Origin: Candidatus Woesearchaeota archaeon
GTDB taxonomy: Archaea > Nanobdellota > Nanobdellia > SCGC-AAA011-G17 > UBA489
Reading direction: 5' to 3'
Assembly: GCA_018302985.1 (NCBI GenBank)
Contig: JAGVZA010000015.1
Location: 1,471-65,470, forward strand
DNA: 64,000 nt
The notes under the pieces were generated by a model, which did not search any database, was not told where the DNA came from, and worked only from the letters and a program-made list of their open reading frames with translations. Positions 1-9,082 of the stretch are shown one piece after another. The position numbers were made by a program, and so were the translations under genes. The stretch's first letter is position 1, and each line of letters opens with the position of its first letter.

Positions 1-22
1 TAATACGTTCTTCCATACTCAA

Positions 23-535
23 ATGAGTTCTAAAGGGTTTATAAAGGTACTTGCCAAGCTAAATCTTTTTAACCTCTTCATCTCTTTTTCCACTATGCTT
101 GTAGATACCCATTCAACTACTCTTTTAACCTGGGAAGAATTTGATAGATCTGTACCTAATAGAGATTATAACTCTTTAGTTCAAAAGGCTCAAACTAACC
201 TCTGGACTCCAGAACCACCGATAATTATATCACCCATGCCAGCTTCTTATGCAGGTAAATATACTCATTTTCTTTATAATGGACATACACGCCTAAGTAT
301 TGCCAGAGAGTTTCAGGTCCCGTTACATGCTTTAGTAGTACATTTCGATCAAGAGATTCCCGCGATGGAAGAACTCATAGGACCTTCTTCATTGGAATCT
401 GTTTTAAGAGGCATTGTTTGTAGGAAGATGCATCCTCACCCAACCCTCAATCTTTTCTGGTATGCAAAACAGGATCTTTCTTTCTTGATGCAAGAATTCC
501 AAACATGGGAAGAACAACAATTGCAATGTGCTTGA
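23..535 (+). CDS. hypothetical protein (weak ParB/sulfiredoxin-like motif)
   Basis: 170-aa ORF. The only hint is YNGHTRLSIAREF, which loosely resembles the DGHHR core of ParB/Srx-fold proteins. Confidence 0.4.
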   Translation: MSSKGFIKVLAKLNLFNLFISFSTMLVDTHSTTLLTWEEFDRSVPNRDYNSLVQKAQTNLWTPEPPIIISPMPASYAGKYTHFLYNGHTRLSIAREFQVPLHALVVHFDQEIPAMEELIGPSSLESVLRGIVCRKMHPHPTLNLFWYAKQDLSFLMQEFQTWEEQQLQCA

Positions 536-550
536 TACTGATTCAAAAAA

Positions 551-1135
551 TTATTCAGGATTACTACGTTTGCTTCCTTGCCAGGGATCATTTTCTTGTA
601 GAGGATGGTCAAACCAAATACGAGCGCTAGTTACATCACACAAATGTGCAAATGCTGCTAAAGGACCTTGTACTCTTATTTCTGGATGATACTCTTTATT
701 TTCTCCCTCTACATATTTTAAACCGTTTCTATGCTCATCTGTAAGTTGAAATCCATACTGTTTTATTTTCCTTTCAACAAATTTTCTTATTTTATCTTTG
801 GTATCCAGACGAGGAGTATCTTTCCAGCTACCAGTCTTGGCACTGTGTTTCCATGGCTTTTCTATATCATGAAGGAAAAGGACGAGTAATGCGTCTGATA
901 AAGAAAAAGGCAATTTTCTTTGCGCATTTAGTCCATCATAAAACACTGCAGCAATATTGGAAACTTCAACCACGTGATCCAGATATCCTCCTGTCCACGC
1001 TTGATGCTTAGTTTTTGAACCTCTCGCTTGCGCAAGTAAATGTTGATTCTCCTCTACTAATCTGACACAGGCAGTTCTATTAGGTTCATCTATGAGTTCT
1101 ATTATTTCAGTTAATGATTTGTAAGGTGCTTGCAT
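551..1135 (-). CDS. HD-domain metal-dependent phosphohydrolase
   Basis: H...HD signature (YLDHVVEV ... LFLHDIEKPWKH). The true start is taken as ATG at 1135 (MQAPYKSL), because the ORF-track N-terminal extension is the translated tRNA gene. Confidence 0.75.
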   Translation of the reverse strand: MQAPYKSLTEIIELIDEPNRTACVRLVEENQHLLAQARGSKTKHQAWTGGYLDHVVEVSNIAAVFYDGLNAQRKLPFSLSDALLVLFLHDIEKPWKHSAKTGSWKDTPRLDTKDKIRKFVERKIKQYGFQLTDEHRNGLKYVEGENKEYHPEIRVQGPLAAFAHLCDVTSARIWFDHPLQENDPWQGSKRSNPE

Positions 1136-1144
1136 GATAGTGAA

Positions 1145-1217
1145 TGAGCCCGACAGGATTTGAACCTGTGACCTCCTCCATGTCATGGAGACGTCATAAC
1201 CGCTAGACTACGGGCTC
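1145..1217 (-). tRNA. tRNA-Val (anticodon GAC), 73 nt, no encoded CCA
   Basis: The reverse complement folds as a cloverleaf. Acceptor is GAGCCCG/CGGGCTC, anticodon stem TCTCC/GGAGG, loop AT-GAC-AT, T-arm ACAGG-TTCAAAT-CCTGT, discriminator A. Confidence 0.85.
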
Positions 1218-1242
1218 ACAGCTATAAGGCTAAGAATCCCCA

Positions 1243-1252
1243 TTTTTAAAGT
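1243..1252 (-). promoter_or_regulatory. TATA box for tRNA-Val
   Basis: The minus strand reads CTTTAAAAAT, centred about 30 nt upstream of the tRNA 5' end at 1217. Confidence 0.45.
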
Positions 1253-1263
1253 TACCTTTTACT

Positions 1264-1836
1264 CTATGGTAGACCAGGTTTTTTGCTTACACTACAACGT
1301 TCAACTACTAAATCAATTCTTTTCTTTCTTGTTTCTGGACGTTTCGCACGTTCAATCCAACGAATATAATATCTCTTATAGGAAGGAGCTAGATGAGTAA
1401 AATATTCGAGGGCTTTTCCATTCTGTTGCAATGCTTTAAGTAGATCTTGCTGAGGTTCTGGATTCTTCGGAATGCCTAAGTCTAAGGATGGTTTTTTCAG
1501 ACCTTCTTTATATCTCTTTAACCCCTCTGTAACTATCTTCTTTTCTTGAATCATCTTTCGTGCGTAAGATAGTGTATTGTCACTCCATCTACTTTTCTCT
1601 GTTCTTCTGATAAAACATCTTGCAAATGTATCATTATCTATACTTTTAACAATTGTATCAATCCAACCAAAACAGATTGCTTCTTCTAAGGTTTCACGAT
1701 GTGAAAGAAAATGCTTCCCAGTATGCCGTTTATGATGTATAAGCCAAATGAGTTTCTCTTTCTTATGATTCTTTCTTAGCCAGGCTCGCCAGTCTTTTCT
1801 ACTGCTTGGACAAATGCTTTTTGTTATTTCTGGCAT
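1264..1836 (-). CDS. YdeI/OmpD-associated family protein (DUF1801-like)
   Basis: WRAWLRKNH...EAICFGWIDTIVKSID...RWSDNT...YIRWIERAKRPETRKKRI matches the YdeI bacteriocin-protection family pattern as recalled. Confidence 0.6.
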   Translation of the reverse strand: MPEITKSICPSSRKDWRAWLRKNHKKEKLIWLIHHKRHTGKHFLSHRETLEEAICFGWIDTIVKSIDNDTFARCFIRRTEKSRWSDNTLSYARKMIQEKKIVTEGLKRYKEGLKKPSLDLGIPKNPEPQQDLLKALQQNGKALEYFTHLAPSYKRYYIRWIERAKRPETRKKRIDLVVERCSVSKKPGLP

Positions 1837-1911
1837 CTTTCGATAATTGAACTATGACCTATATAAATCTTTTATTGTCTTTATTCTTTACAAAATCATG
1901 GAGGATTTACT

Positions 1912-2355
1912 ATGACTAACACTTTAACTAAAATTATTTTAGCAGTAGTCTTTGTTGCCTTAGTAGGATTTAATTCCTTCTTTATTTTAGGCAATCAAGA
2001 AAAAAGCACTACGAGAGACAGTCCTGTTTCTTTGGAACGCATGAATTCTTATGCACCTATCCAACAAACAGATGACGATGAAAATGAAGAACAGGATGAA
2101 GACCTTTCTACAGAAGAATTACAGACCATTAACGGTAGACTTACTGAAGCACAGGCGAAAGCAATCGCTCTTGAGACTATAGGCAGCGGAACAGTTATAG
2201 ATTTTGAAGCTGAACGCGAAAATGGACGACTTTTATATGGAATAACTATTCTTTCTCAAGGAGACACTGTCGAAGTCGAAGTTGATGGATTAACTGGCGA
2301 CGTTCTAGAGATAGAATGGGGCGACGATGATAAGGGTGAGAAAGAGGATGATTAG
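1912..2355 (+). CDS. membrane-anchored PepSY-domain protein with acidic linker
   Basis: N-terminal TM helix. PepSY-like core LTEAQAKAIALETIGSGTVIDFEAERENGRLLYGITI...VEVDGLTGDVLEIEW. SD-like GGAGG lies upstream. Confidence 0.7.
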   Translation: MTNTLTKIILAVVFVALVGFNSFFILGNQEKSTTRDSPVSLERMNSYAPIQQTDDDENEEQDEDLSTEELQTINGRLTEAQAKAIALETIGSGTVIDFEAERENGRLLYGITILSQGDTVEVEVDGLTGDVLEIEWGDDDKGEKEDD

Positions 2356-2386
2356 TTTAATAAACTAGCGCCTCTCTTTACTACTC

Positions 2387-2737
2387 ATGAAATCTACTCC
2401 CTTTCTTTTTTTATTTTTCTTTTTATGCTCTTCTTTTGTTCTAGCAGAAGACACTGGCACAGATTTAACTATTTATAATTTAGAAGTTGAAAAACTACTT
2501 AATCTTGGCAGCGGCATTCTTGCTCTTCTCTTAGCTTTCCTTACTTGGTCTGCTTATACTAGAACTGGTAATAATCGCTTATCTTATGTCAGTTTAGCCT
2601 TCGTTCTCTTTGCCCTTAAAGGATTTCTTTTAGCTCATGAACTATTTTTCGGTGAATTGCCTTTGATTGACACTGTCACAAGTATTCTAGACTTTTTCAT
2701 ATTACTTGCTTTTTTCATTGGTATTATCAAAAAGTGA
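2387..2737 (+). CDS. small integral membrane protein
   Basis: 116-aa ORF with a signal-like N-terminus and 3 hydrophobic helices. Confidence 0.5.
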   Translation: MKSTPFLFLFFFLCSSFVLAEDTGTDLTIYNLEVEKLLNLGSGILALLLAFLTWSAYTRTGNNRLSYVSLAFVLFALKGFLLAHELFFGELPLIDTVTSILDFFILLAFFIGIIKK

Positions 2738-2744
2738 TTGTCTT

Positions 2745-3287
2745 ATGTCTGGCTTGTCTCCCTCTAAAGATTCTGAGATACTGCAGTTAGAGTCTCGGAG
2801 AAAGATCTATGACTTAGTTAAGGAATTCTCAGGATGTAATTTTCATGAACTAGAACGAAGAACTTCAATAGCACCAACTACCCTGCAATATCATTTACAC
2901 TATCTGACTAAACATGGGCTTATCACTCTTCAGAAAGACGGCAATAAAATACGTTATTTCATTCAACATCTCCAACCAGAGGATAAACGACTCTTGGTTT
3001 TTCTTCGACAGCAAAATATTAGACACCTACTTCTTTTTATTTTAACTCATAAAACTTGCAGACAAAAAGATCTTGTGGAGTTTCTTCAGCTCTCACCTTC
3101 AACTATTTCCTTGTATCTCTCGCGCCTGATTGCAAGCAAAGTTCTTCAGACTGTTACGAAAGGTAAAGAACTTTCTTATCAACTTGCTATAGTAGAGGAC
3201 GATCTTGTTACTTTGTTGATCACCTATAAAGCAAGCTTTTTTGACCAATTGGTTGACCAGACTATTGAGATGTGGAATTTTAAATAA
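2745..3287 (+). CDS. ArsR-type winged-helix transcriptional regulator (two wHTH-like halves)
   Basis: RRKIYDLVKEFSGCNFHELERRTSIAPTTLQYHLHYLTKHGLI is a typical ArsR HTH. A second half reads CRQKDLVEFLQLSPSTISLYLSRLIASKVL. The start is taken at ATG 2745 rather than the overlapping 2706. Confidence 0.65.
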   Translation: MSGLSPSKDSEILQLESRRKIYDLVKEFSGCNFHELERRTSIAPTTLQYHLHYLTKHGLITLQKDGNKIRYFIQHLQPEDKRLLVFLRQQNIRHLLLFILTHKTCRQKDLVEFLQLSPSTISLYLSRLIASKVLQTVTKGKELSYQLAIVEDDLVTLLITYKASFFDQLVDQTIEMWNFK

Positions 3288-3295
3288 GAATACCT

Positions 3296-4036
3296 TTACG
3301 GATATCCGCCATCGACAACTAGAATACTTCCAGTCATATAACTTGCATCTTCTGAAGCTAGAAAACTAACAACACTTGCCATCTCTTCAGGTTTTGCAAA
3401 GCGTTTCAGATACACATGTTCTGTTTCTTTTTTGATATAGTCCTTTGGTAACTCTTTATTCATATCAGTGTCTACCCAACCTGGTGCGACGCAGTTAACA
3501 CGAATAAATGGGGATAGTTCATGTGCTAAGCTTTTTGTTAGATTAATAACTCCTGCTTTGGTAGCACTATAATCTATGGAGTCTGGATGATATGTATGAA
3601 TACCATTGGTCGAAGCGATGTTGATAATCGTTCCTGTTTTCTTCTTTTTCATAGCATAAGCAACATATTTTGAACAGAGGAATACTCCTAAAAGATTGAC
3701 TTCCATAGTTCTTTTCCATTGCTCTACAGTTCTTTCAAAAAGGGGAACATCAAATACAATACCTGCATTATTGACTAAAATATCTATTTGACCAAAAAAA
3801 GCTAATGATTTTTCTACCATAGCCTTAACTTGCTTTTCATCAGCAACATCAGCTTGTATCGCTATAGCTTTTCTTCCTAACTTTTCAATTGTCTTAACTA
3901 CAGCATTTGCTTGTGTAACTTCTTTTATATAATTAACAACAACATGACACCCATCTTGAGCCAATCGTATTGCAATTGCTTTTCCAATACCTCTGCTTGC
4001 ACCAGTAACGAGAGCAACTTTATCTTTAAGCTTCAT
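3296..4036 (-). CDS. short-chain dehydrogenase/reductase (FabG-like)
   Basis: TGASRGIG cofactor motif, NNAG, catalytic S...YSATK. 246 aa. Confidence 0.85.
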   Translation of the reverse strand: MKLKDKVALVTGASRGIGKAIAIRLAQDGCHVVVNYIKEVTQANAVVKTIEKLGRKAIAIQADVADEKQVKAMVEKSLAFFGQIDILVNNAGIVFDVPLFERTVEQWKRTMEVNLLGVFLCSKYVAYAMKKKKTGTIINIASTNGIHTYHPDSIDYSATKAGVINLTKSLAHELSPFIRVNCVAPGWVDTDMNKELPKDYIKKETEHVYLKRFAKPEEMASVVSFLASEDASYMTGSILVVDGGYP

Positions 4037-4077
4037 AGTAATTATGGCCTCTAGAGAGTTTATATATTTTGCTTTGA

Positions 4078-4533
4078 TTAAAGCTGTTTCCTCTTTCTAT
4101 AACTCCAAATAGCCGTTGCTGGAATTGCTAGAACAACAGTTGGAATTGTAGACTTTTCTGGTCTTGGAGTTCCTTTCAAGTTATGCATTCCATAAGTTAA
4201 TAATATAGTTATTGTAGAAGGAATAGTTACAGAAGTGATTAATGCTTTTGTTCTATTATTAATTTTTGTTACAAGATATTCACAGGACTTCATAACAGCA
4301 CCCCCAAACAAAAATGTATACCCTCCTTGTTTTAAAGCAGCAGTTGTAGACCCAAGAACCTCTTGAGTTTCATAATAATTTATTCCAAAAATAATTCCCC
4401 CCATAATTCCTGCACATACTAAACCCATCTTATATTCAATATATTTGCTTCCAAGATCATAGATTTGTCTAGCCAAAGATTTTTTTGATGGAGTAGGTAG
4501 TTCACTATCTATCATATCTTCTAGGTCTTGCAT
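4078..4533 (-). CDS. integral membrane protein, unknown function
   Basis: 151-aa ORF with about 4 hydrophobic helices and no recognised motif. Confidence 0.5.
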   Translation of the reverse strand: MQDLEDMIDSELPTPSKKSLARQIYDLGSKYIEYKMGLVCAGIMGGIIFGINYYETQEVLGSTTAALKQGGYTFLFGGAVMKSCEYLVTKINNRTKALITSVTIPSTITILLTYGMHNLKGTPRPEKSTIPTVVLAIPATAIWSYRKRKQL

Positions 4534-4592
4534 GTAGATAGAAAAAAGAGAATCGTTTAAATGATTTACTCTTAATAGTTACAAATAGGATA

Positions 4593-4710
4593 AGCCACCG
4601 GAGGGATCCGAACCCACGACCTTCCGCTCCCTTGCTTTCGATACAAGGCGGATGCTCTATTACCCATATACAAGCCATAGCTTATACATTCCAGGCTGAG
4701 CTACGGTGGC
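4593..4710 (-). tRNA. tRNA-Thr (anticodon UGU) with two putative introns (D-loop about 4660-4690; canonical 37/38 about 4629-4641)
   Basis: The reverse complement gives acceptor GCCACCG/CGGTGGC with discriminator U. D-stem is GCTC...GAGC, interrupted by about 31 nt containing a 9-bp hairpin. Anticodon stem is TCCGC/GCGGA with loop CT-TGT-A, then a 13-nt insert (TCGAAAGCAAGGG) whose CAAG pairs with CTTG. T-arm is GTGGG-TTCGGAT-CCCTC. Mature length would be 74 nt. Confidence 0.7.
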
Positions 4711-4734
4711 GCTAGCTAGACAGCGTTTTAGAAT

Positions 4735-4744
4735 GTTTAAAAAG
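4735..4744 (-). promoter_or_regulatory. TATA box for tRNA-Thr
   Basis: The minus strand reads CTTTTTAAAC, centred about 30 nt upstream of the tRNA 5' end at 4710. Confidence 0.45.
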
Positions 4745-4863
4745 ATTGTGGAGTTCGAAAAATCTCCGAAAATTCCGGAAAACTTCTAAATAGAGATTCA
4801 AGTATCTGTTTACTTCTCAAAGACCCTCAGAGTATTTATAAATAAAATTAAAATATTAGCTAT

Positions 4864-5859
4864 ATGAGAGTCGGTTTTACTAATGATGAAATACGAGAAA
4901 ACTTCCTTGAAACATGTAAAAGAAAGTTAGGTGTTTCTTCTTGGAGTGGTTTAGCAAGTTATTTAAAAATACATAGAAATTTACTTTATAGATATAGAGA
5001 CGGAGATCTTCTGTTATCTGAGGAGCACTATAACTCTCTAGTAAGACTACTAAATCACAAATTCACTATCATGAATAGTTATATTTATTTTAAGGATGAT
5101 CATTGGGGTAAAGCTAAAGGAGGGAGGAATGCTTATAATAAAAATAAAGAATTTTTTAAAATAGGAAGAAAAAAAGGATTAAAAAAACTTTTAAGTATGA
5201 GTGAAAGATGTTTCACTTTTAATCTAAACCAAAATCTATCTATAGAACTGTGTGAATTTATTGGTGCTTTTATTGGTGATGGATTCACAGGAAACTATCA
5301 AAACCACTATACCACTCAGTTTACAGGTGATAGAAGATATGATTATGGCTACTATGAACAAGTTATAATTCCGATTTCTAAACAACTATTTAATAATATA
5401 AATTGCTATATCAGTGAAAAAGACAATACGCTTCGAGTAAAATACTATTCTAAAGCATTATTTCTCTTTCTGACAGAACAGTTCAATCTTCCACCAGGTT
5501 TAAAGGTTTATACTGTCAAGATCCCTTATATAATTATTGAACATGGAAAAGATTATGTTTTTCCAACACTTCGAGGTATATTTGATACTGACGGCTGTAT
5601 ATTTTATGATAAAAGACCAATCTATAAAAAACCTTATCCACGTATTGAGATAAAGCTCATTAATGAAACGTTAATATTACAAATAAGAGATTTGTTGACT
5701 CAATACGGTTTTTCTCCTGCAATAAATGGAAAAAAGACTGTAGTCTATCTCTATGGAAAACAAGTAGATTTCTTTTTTGAACAAATAGGATCTTCTAATA
5801 GCAGACATCTAAAAAGATTTGAAGAAGGATTAACTAATCCAAGAAATCTTGGTTCTTAA
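4864..5859 (+). CDS. free-standing double-motif LAGLIDADG homing-endonuclease-like protein with N-terminal HTH-like region
   Basis: Two LAGLIDADG motifs are present: CEFIGAFIGDGF and LRGIFDTDGCIF. TATA (TATTTATAAAT) lies about 25 nt upstream of the ATG. The 3' end overlaps the convergent top6A end by 26 nt. Confidence 0.75.
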   Translation: MRVGFTNDEIRENFLETCKRKLGVSSWSGLASYLKIHRNLLYRYRDGDLLLSEEHYNSLVRLLNHKFTIMNSYIYFKDDHWGKAKGGRNAYNKNKEFFKIGRKKGLKKLLSMSERCFTFNLNQNLSIELCEFIGAFIGDGFTGNYQNHYTTQFTGDRRYDYGYYEQVIIPISKQLFNNINCYISEKDNTLRVKYYSKALFLFLTEQFNLPPGLKVYTVKIPYIIIEHGKDYVFPTLRGIFDTDGCIFYDKRPIYKKPYPRIEIKLINETLILQIRDLLTQYGFSPAINGKKTVVYLYGKQVDFFFEQIGSSNSRHLKRFEEGLTNPRNLGS

Positions 5860-6919
5860 TTTTTTCTGGTAAATACTTGTTCGAAATGAAACTAATACCT
5901 TGAGCGGAAAGTGCTTGGATTTCTGCCTTAGCATTGAGCTTCTTGAACGCTTCGAACTCTTTCTGCCATTCTTTATTATCTTTGAACCAGTCGTATTCCA
6001 TGATCTGTTTGAGACGCTTAGTATCATTGTCATTCAACTGGATTAAGTTCTTTCTTAAACCATATTTATCAATGTCACCAACTCTAATACCTAAATAGCG
6101 TACACCAGGAATAGCCATGCGCTCTGAGATGTGCGCCAAGTTAATGGAACCGTACTTGATAACAGAGTAGATATAGTGACCCCACGGATCCAGGTCGGTC
6201 AAGACATAAATAGGTAATTTGTGTTCTTCATACAAGCGTTGCAATAATCTACGAATACCGCGAGTAGTCTGTCCTTGTGATGACATAATGATGCAATTTT
6301 GTTTTTCCCAGAATTTATCCTCATGCAAGCGTTCCCATACGGCAGCTTTCTCCATGTAGAGAATATATTTTACATTGACTTTCTTGAATTTCAATTCTTC
6401 AGTGTTCGAAGGAATACTCCAACCACCAGAGCCCATCTTGGACCAGTCAATCGTGTCACCGCGATCCTCAATAATTACATTGCCTGCAACAGAACCATTC
6501 TTGTTTGCATTAACATTTAAGTTTTCACGTGATAAAGTAGTAATGACTTCTAAGTCTTCAATAACATCATCAGATTCTGCTTGTTCATCAACGAGGTTTA
6601 TTTTTGTATTAGGGATTGTACGCTTAGCCATGTAGAAGACATCTCTCAGGGATGCGTGTTTTCCTTGTTCAATCAAATCTTTACTAATTTTAGCAACTTC
6701 CACTGTTTGTAAAAACTTTTTAGAATGAGCAACGTTGAAGAACGTACGTTGAGCCATTTTCTTACCTAGTATTAAAGTCTTTGACTTTTTGTCGAATTCG
6801 ACGTTTGAGAGACCACGCACTAACAGATCAATTGCTGGATTTTTACCCGCTTTGATGTCGCGGACTATTTTTTCACCAAATTCTTTCAACGCATCTGCAG
6901 ATTTTTTCTTTTCGCTCAT
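5834..6919 (-). CDS. top6A: DNA topoisomerase VI subunit A (Spo11-like)
   Basis: Toprim block IYVLTDLDPWGHYIY, CAP-like region with FYMAKRT. ATGA overlap with top6B. Confidence 0.9.
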   Translation of the reverse strand: MSEKKKSADALKEFGEKIVRDIKAGKNPAIDLLVRGLSNVEFDKKSKTLILGKKMAQRTFFNVAHSKKFLQTVEVAKISKDLIEQGKHASLRDVFYMAKRTIPNTKINLVDEQAESDDVIEDLEVITTLSRENLNVNANKNGSVAGNVIIEDRGDTIDWSKMGSGGWSIPSNTEELKFKKVNVKYILYMEKAAVWERLHEDKFWEKQNCIIMSSQGQTTRGIRRLLQRLYEEHKLPIYVLTDLDPWGHYIYSVIKYGSINLAHISERMAIPGVRYLGIRVGDIDKYGLRKNLIQLNDNDTKRLKQIMEYDWFKDNKEWQKEFEAFKKLNAKAEIQALSAQGISFISNKYLPEKIKNQDFLD

Positions 6920-8508
6920 GCTTGTTGCTCCAGAATTAATGGTAAATCTTTTTTCAAACGCTCTTTGAGCTTCTCTTCCAATTCTGTCTTTTTAGCACCA
7001 GTTAAGACTGCTAAAGTACTTGCTAATTCAGGAATATAACCGTCGAATAAGGATGCACGCTCTTTTTGTTCTCGCATACGCACAGTTTTACGTACGAATG
7101 AATAGAGCTTACGACCTACTTCTTGTACTGCTAGTTTGATTTCTTTGATGATTTCAGGATAATGAGCAATAGCTTCTTTGGATTCAGAGGTGAAAGGCAC
7201 CCAAACTGATACGATATGTACTACAATAACTGCCGGACCTGAAGGAATTGCTCCTTTACTTTGATCTAATCCATAATTTCTCCACACTGTGTTAATTACT
7301 GATCGAGTAGTTGCACATGCAGATTGCTGATATTGTAATGGAACTTTGTTAGCGAAACGAACTAGGCGGACTAATTCTTCTTTTGGTAAAGATCCTCCGT
7401 AAGCAATAGCAGCTTCCACTTGGAATGGAATACCTCTATAGACTGAAGGAGAACGAGTTGTAGAAGCAAAGAATTCTGCAGGAAATTCTTTTTTTAATGA
7501 AGCAGTTAAAATTTCTTCCCCAATAGGGCTTAAACAATCTGTTGGAGGAGCCATAATCTTTGTTTCCTGAATGGATTTGAATAATTTTTCAGATTGGTCA
7601 TGAGCCATATCAACAGGTTTTGTTTCCTGTCCTATTTGTGCTTTTGTCAAAATTTCATGAGCTACATTAGAAGAAACTCGAGAAAATTCATTAGTGAGAA
7701 ATTGCAACATAGTTTTTGCTTTGGTAGCCTTCATCATCTGCATTAAGGCACCGAGCTCAATACCGTGAGGATGTGGCTGGATTTTCTTTGCGGGTTTCGG
7801 CATTTGATTTGTTGCACGCTTGTAAGTTACACGCTCTTTTAAAGGATTAATATAAGTGAATTGTGCATGAGGATTAGAAATAGCACTTTGCTTCATATAC
7901 TCGTCAACGCTTAATTTTCCTTTTTGGTACTTTCCTTCTAATTCAATTTCTACACGAATACCATGTTCTTTGTTCAACCATTCGATTTCTTTTTCTGTAA
8001 GCACATCTGGCTCATTTTTTGCAGTGTTGATACGCAATTCTATAAAATTAGCTGGATGCTTCACATCGATTCTAGAAGTAATACGAGCTGGCTTTCCCGT
8101 GGTTAATTGACCATAGAGGATAGAGGCAGAAACACCTATACCTTGCTGTCCGCGGCCTTGCTTCATAGAATGGAATTTACTACCATAGAGCAAACGAGCA
8201 AAAACATTAGGCAATTGTTCTTTTGTAATTCCTGGGCCATTATCTTCGACTATAATAATAAACTTATTTTCTGCAGTCTGACGTAGCTCTACGAGAATTT
8301 CAGGCAAAACTGGCATTTCTTCACAGGCATCTAAAGAATTATCGACTAGTTCTTTTACTGTAGTTGACAACGCTTTGAGAGGATTATCAAAACCAAGCAA
8401 ATGTCTGTTTTTCAGAAAAAATTCAGAAACACTAACTTGTTTTTGCTCTTTAGCCAATTCTTGGGCTTTGATTTTTGTCGTTGCTGCTTTTTCTTTTGTC
8501 TGCGCCAC
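6916..8508 (-). CDS. top6B: DNA topoisomerase VI subunit B (GHKL ATPase)
   Basis: Bergerat-fold motifs ELVDNSLDA, EDNGPGI, GQQGIGVS. GTG start. 530 aa. Confidence 0.9.
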   Translation of the reverse strand: MAQTKEKAATTKIKAQELAKEQKQVSVSEFFLKNRHLLGFDNPLKALSTTVKELVDNSLDACEEMPVLPEILVELRQTAENKFIIIVEDNGPGITKEQLPNVFARLLYGSKFHSMKQGRGQQGIGVSASILYGQLTTGKPARITSRIDVKHPANFIELRINTAKNEPDVLTEKEIEWLNKEHGIRVEIELEGKYQKGKLSVDEYMKQSAISNPHAQFTYINPLKERVTYKRATNQMPKPAKKIQPHPHGIELGALMQMMKATKAKTMLQFLTNEFSRVSSNVAHEILTKAQIGQETKPVDMAHDQSEKLFKSIQETKIMAPPTDCLSPIGEEILTASLKKEFPAEFFASTTRSPSVYRGIPFQVEAAIAYGGSLPKEELVRLVRFANKVPLQYQQSACATTRSVINTVWRNYGLDQSKGAIPSGPAVIVVHIVSVWVPFTSESKEAIAHYPEIIKEIKLAVQEVGRKLYSFVRKTVRMREQKERASLFDGYIPELASTLAVLTGAKKTELEEKLKERLKKDLPLILEQQA

Positions 8509-8562
8509 GAAGCCATCTTCTTTTCATGGCTTTATAAATTTTTTGTGAGAACGTTTTTACAA

Positions 8563-9081
8563 TTAATGGTGTAAATTTTCCATTTGTGATTCAATAAAAT
8601 GATATACATTGCTGTGTGGAGAGCCACCAAGCAACTTCTCTACTGCTTGTCGTGCAATCTGTACTTCTTCAACTCCTCCAATCACTGCAGCAGTTCTCCC
8701 ATGGACAGCTAAATGACAATTAGTTAACTGTTCTAGCATTTTCCATGCTTTTCCCTGTGTTCCTATTAAACGTGCGCGAATACTTTGCATTCTTGCTTTC
8801 GAATCTTTGGAGAACGCACGCATATCAATAACTTCTAAATAAAAATTATCACGCGCTAGCATCATTGCAATTTCTGGATTAAAACCACGACCGATTGCTC
8901 TTACAATAGGCACTGCAATAAAAGTGCTAACACTTTCTTCTGCTGTGATCTCTACATCACCTTCTTTAGAAACTCTAATTTTTGTTTTAGTTCTACTTTG
9001 AATAGCTCGCTTTGTTTCTCCTTTTTTACCTATTAGTACAGCGACACGATCTTTAGGGATTTTTAGTTCTTCTTCGTACAT
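8563..9081 (-). CDS. KH-domain RNA-binding protein (archaeal Dim2/Pno1-like)
   Basis: Two KH-like GxxG segments (VLIGKKGETK; LIGTQGKAWK). Lies directly downstream of aIF-1A, as in many archaea. Confidence 0.75.
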   Translation of the reverse strand: MYEEELKIPKDRVAVLIGKKGETKRAIQSRTKTKIRVSKEGDVEITAEESVSTFIAVPIVRAIGRGFNPEIAMMLARDNFYLEVIDMRAFSKDSKARMQSIRARLIGTQGKAWKMLEQLTNCHLAVHGRTAAVIGGVEEVQIARQAVEKLLGGSPHSNVYHFIESQMENLHH

Positions 9082-9082
9082 C

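Noticed and set aside
1136-1186. N-terminal extension of the HD-domain ORF (MTWRRSQVQILSGSFTI)
   Set aside because: RSQVQILSG is the translation of the tRNA-Val T-arm and acceptor region. The extension is the tRNA gene itself, not coding sequence.
4864-5859. LAGLIDADG protein as the tRNA-splicing endonuclease or as an intron- or intein-encoded ORF
   Set aside because: EndA has a different fold and different motifs. The ORF is not embedded in any host gene or RNA, and it has its own TATA box.
5830-6635. Small ORFs 5830-6033 (-), 6299-6520 (+) and 6375-6635 (+)
   Set aside because: All are nested in or antisense to top6A and have no motifs. They were treated as spurious.
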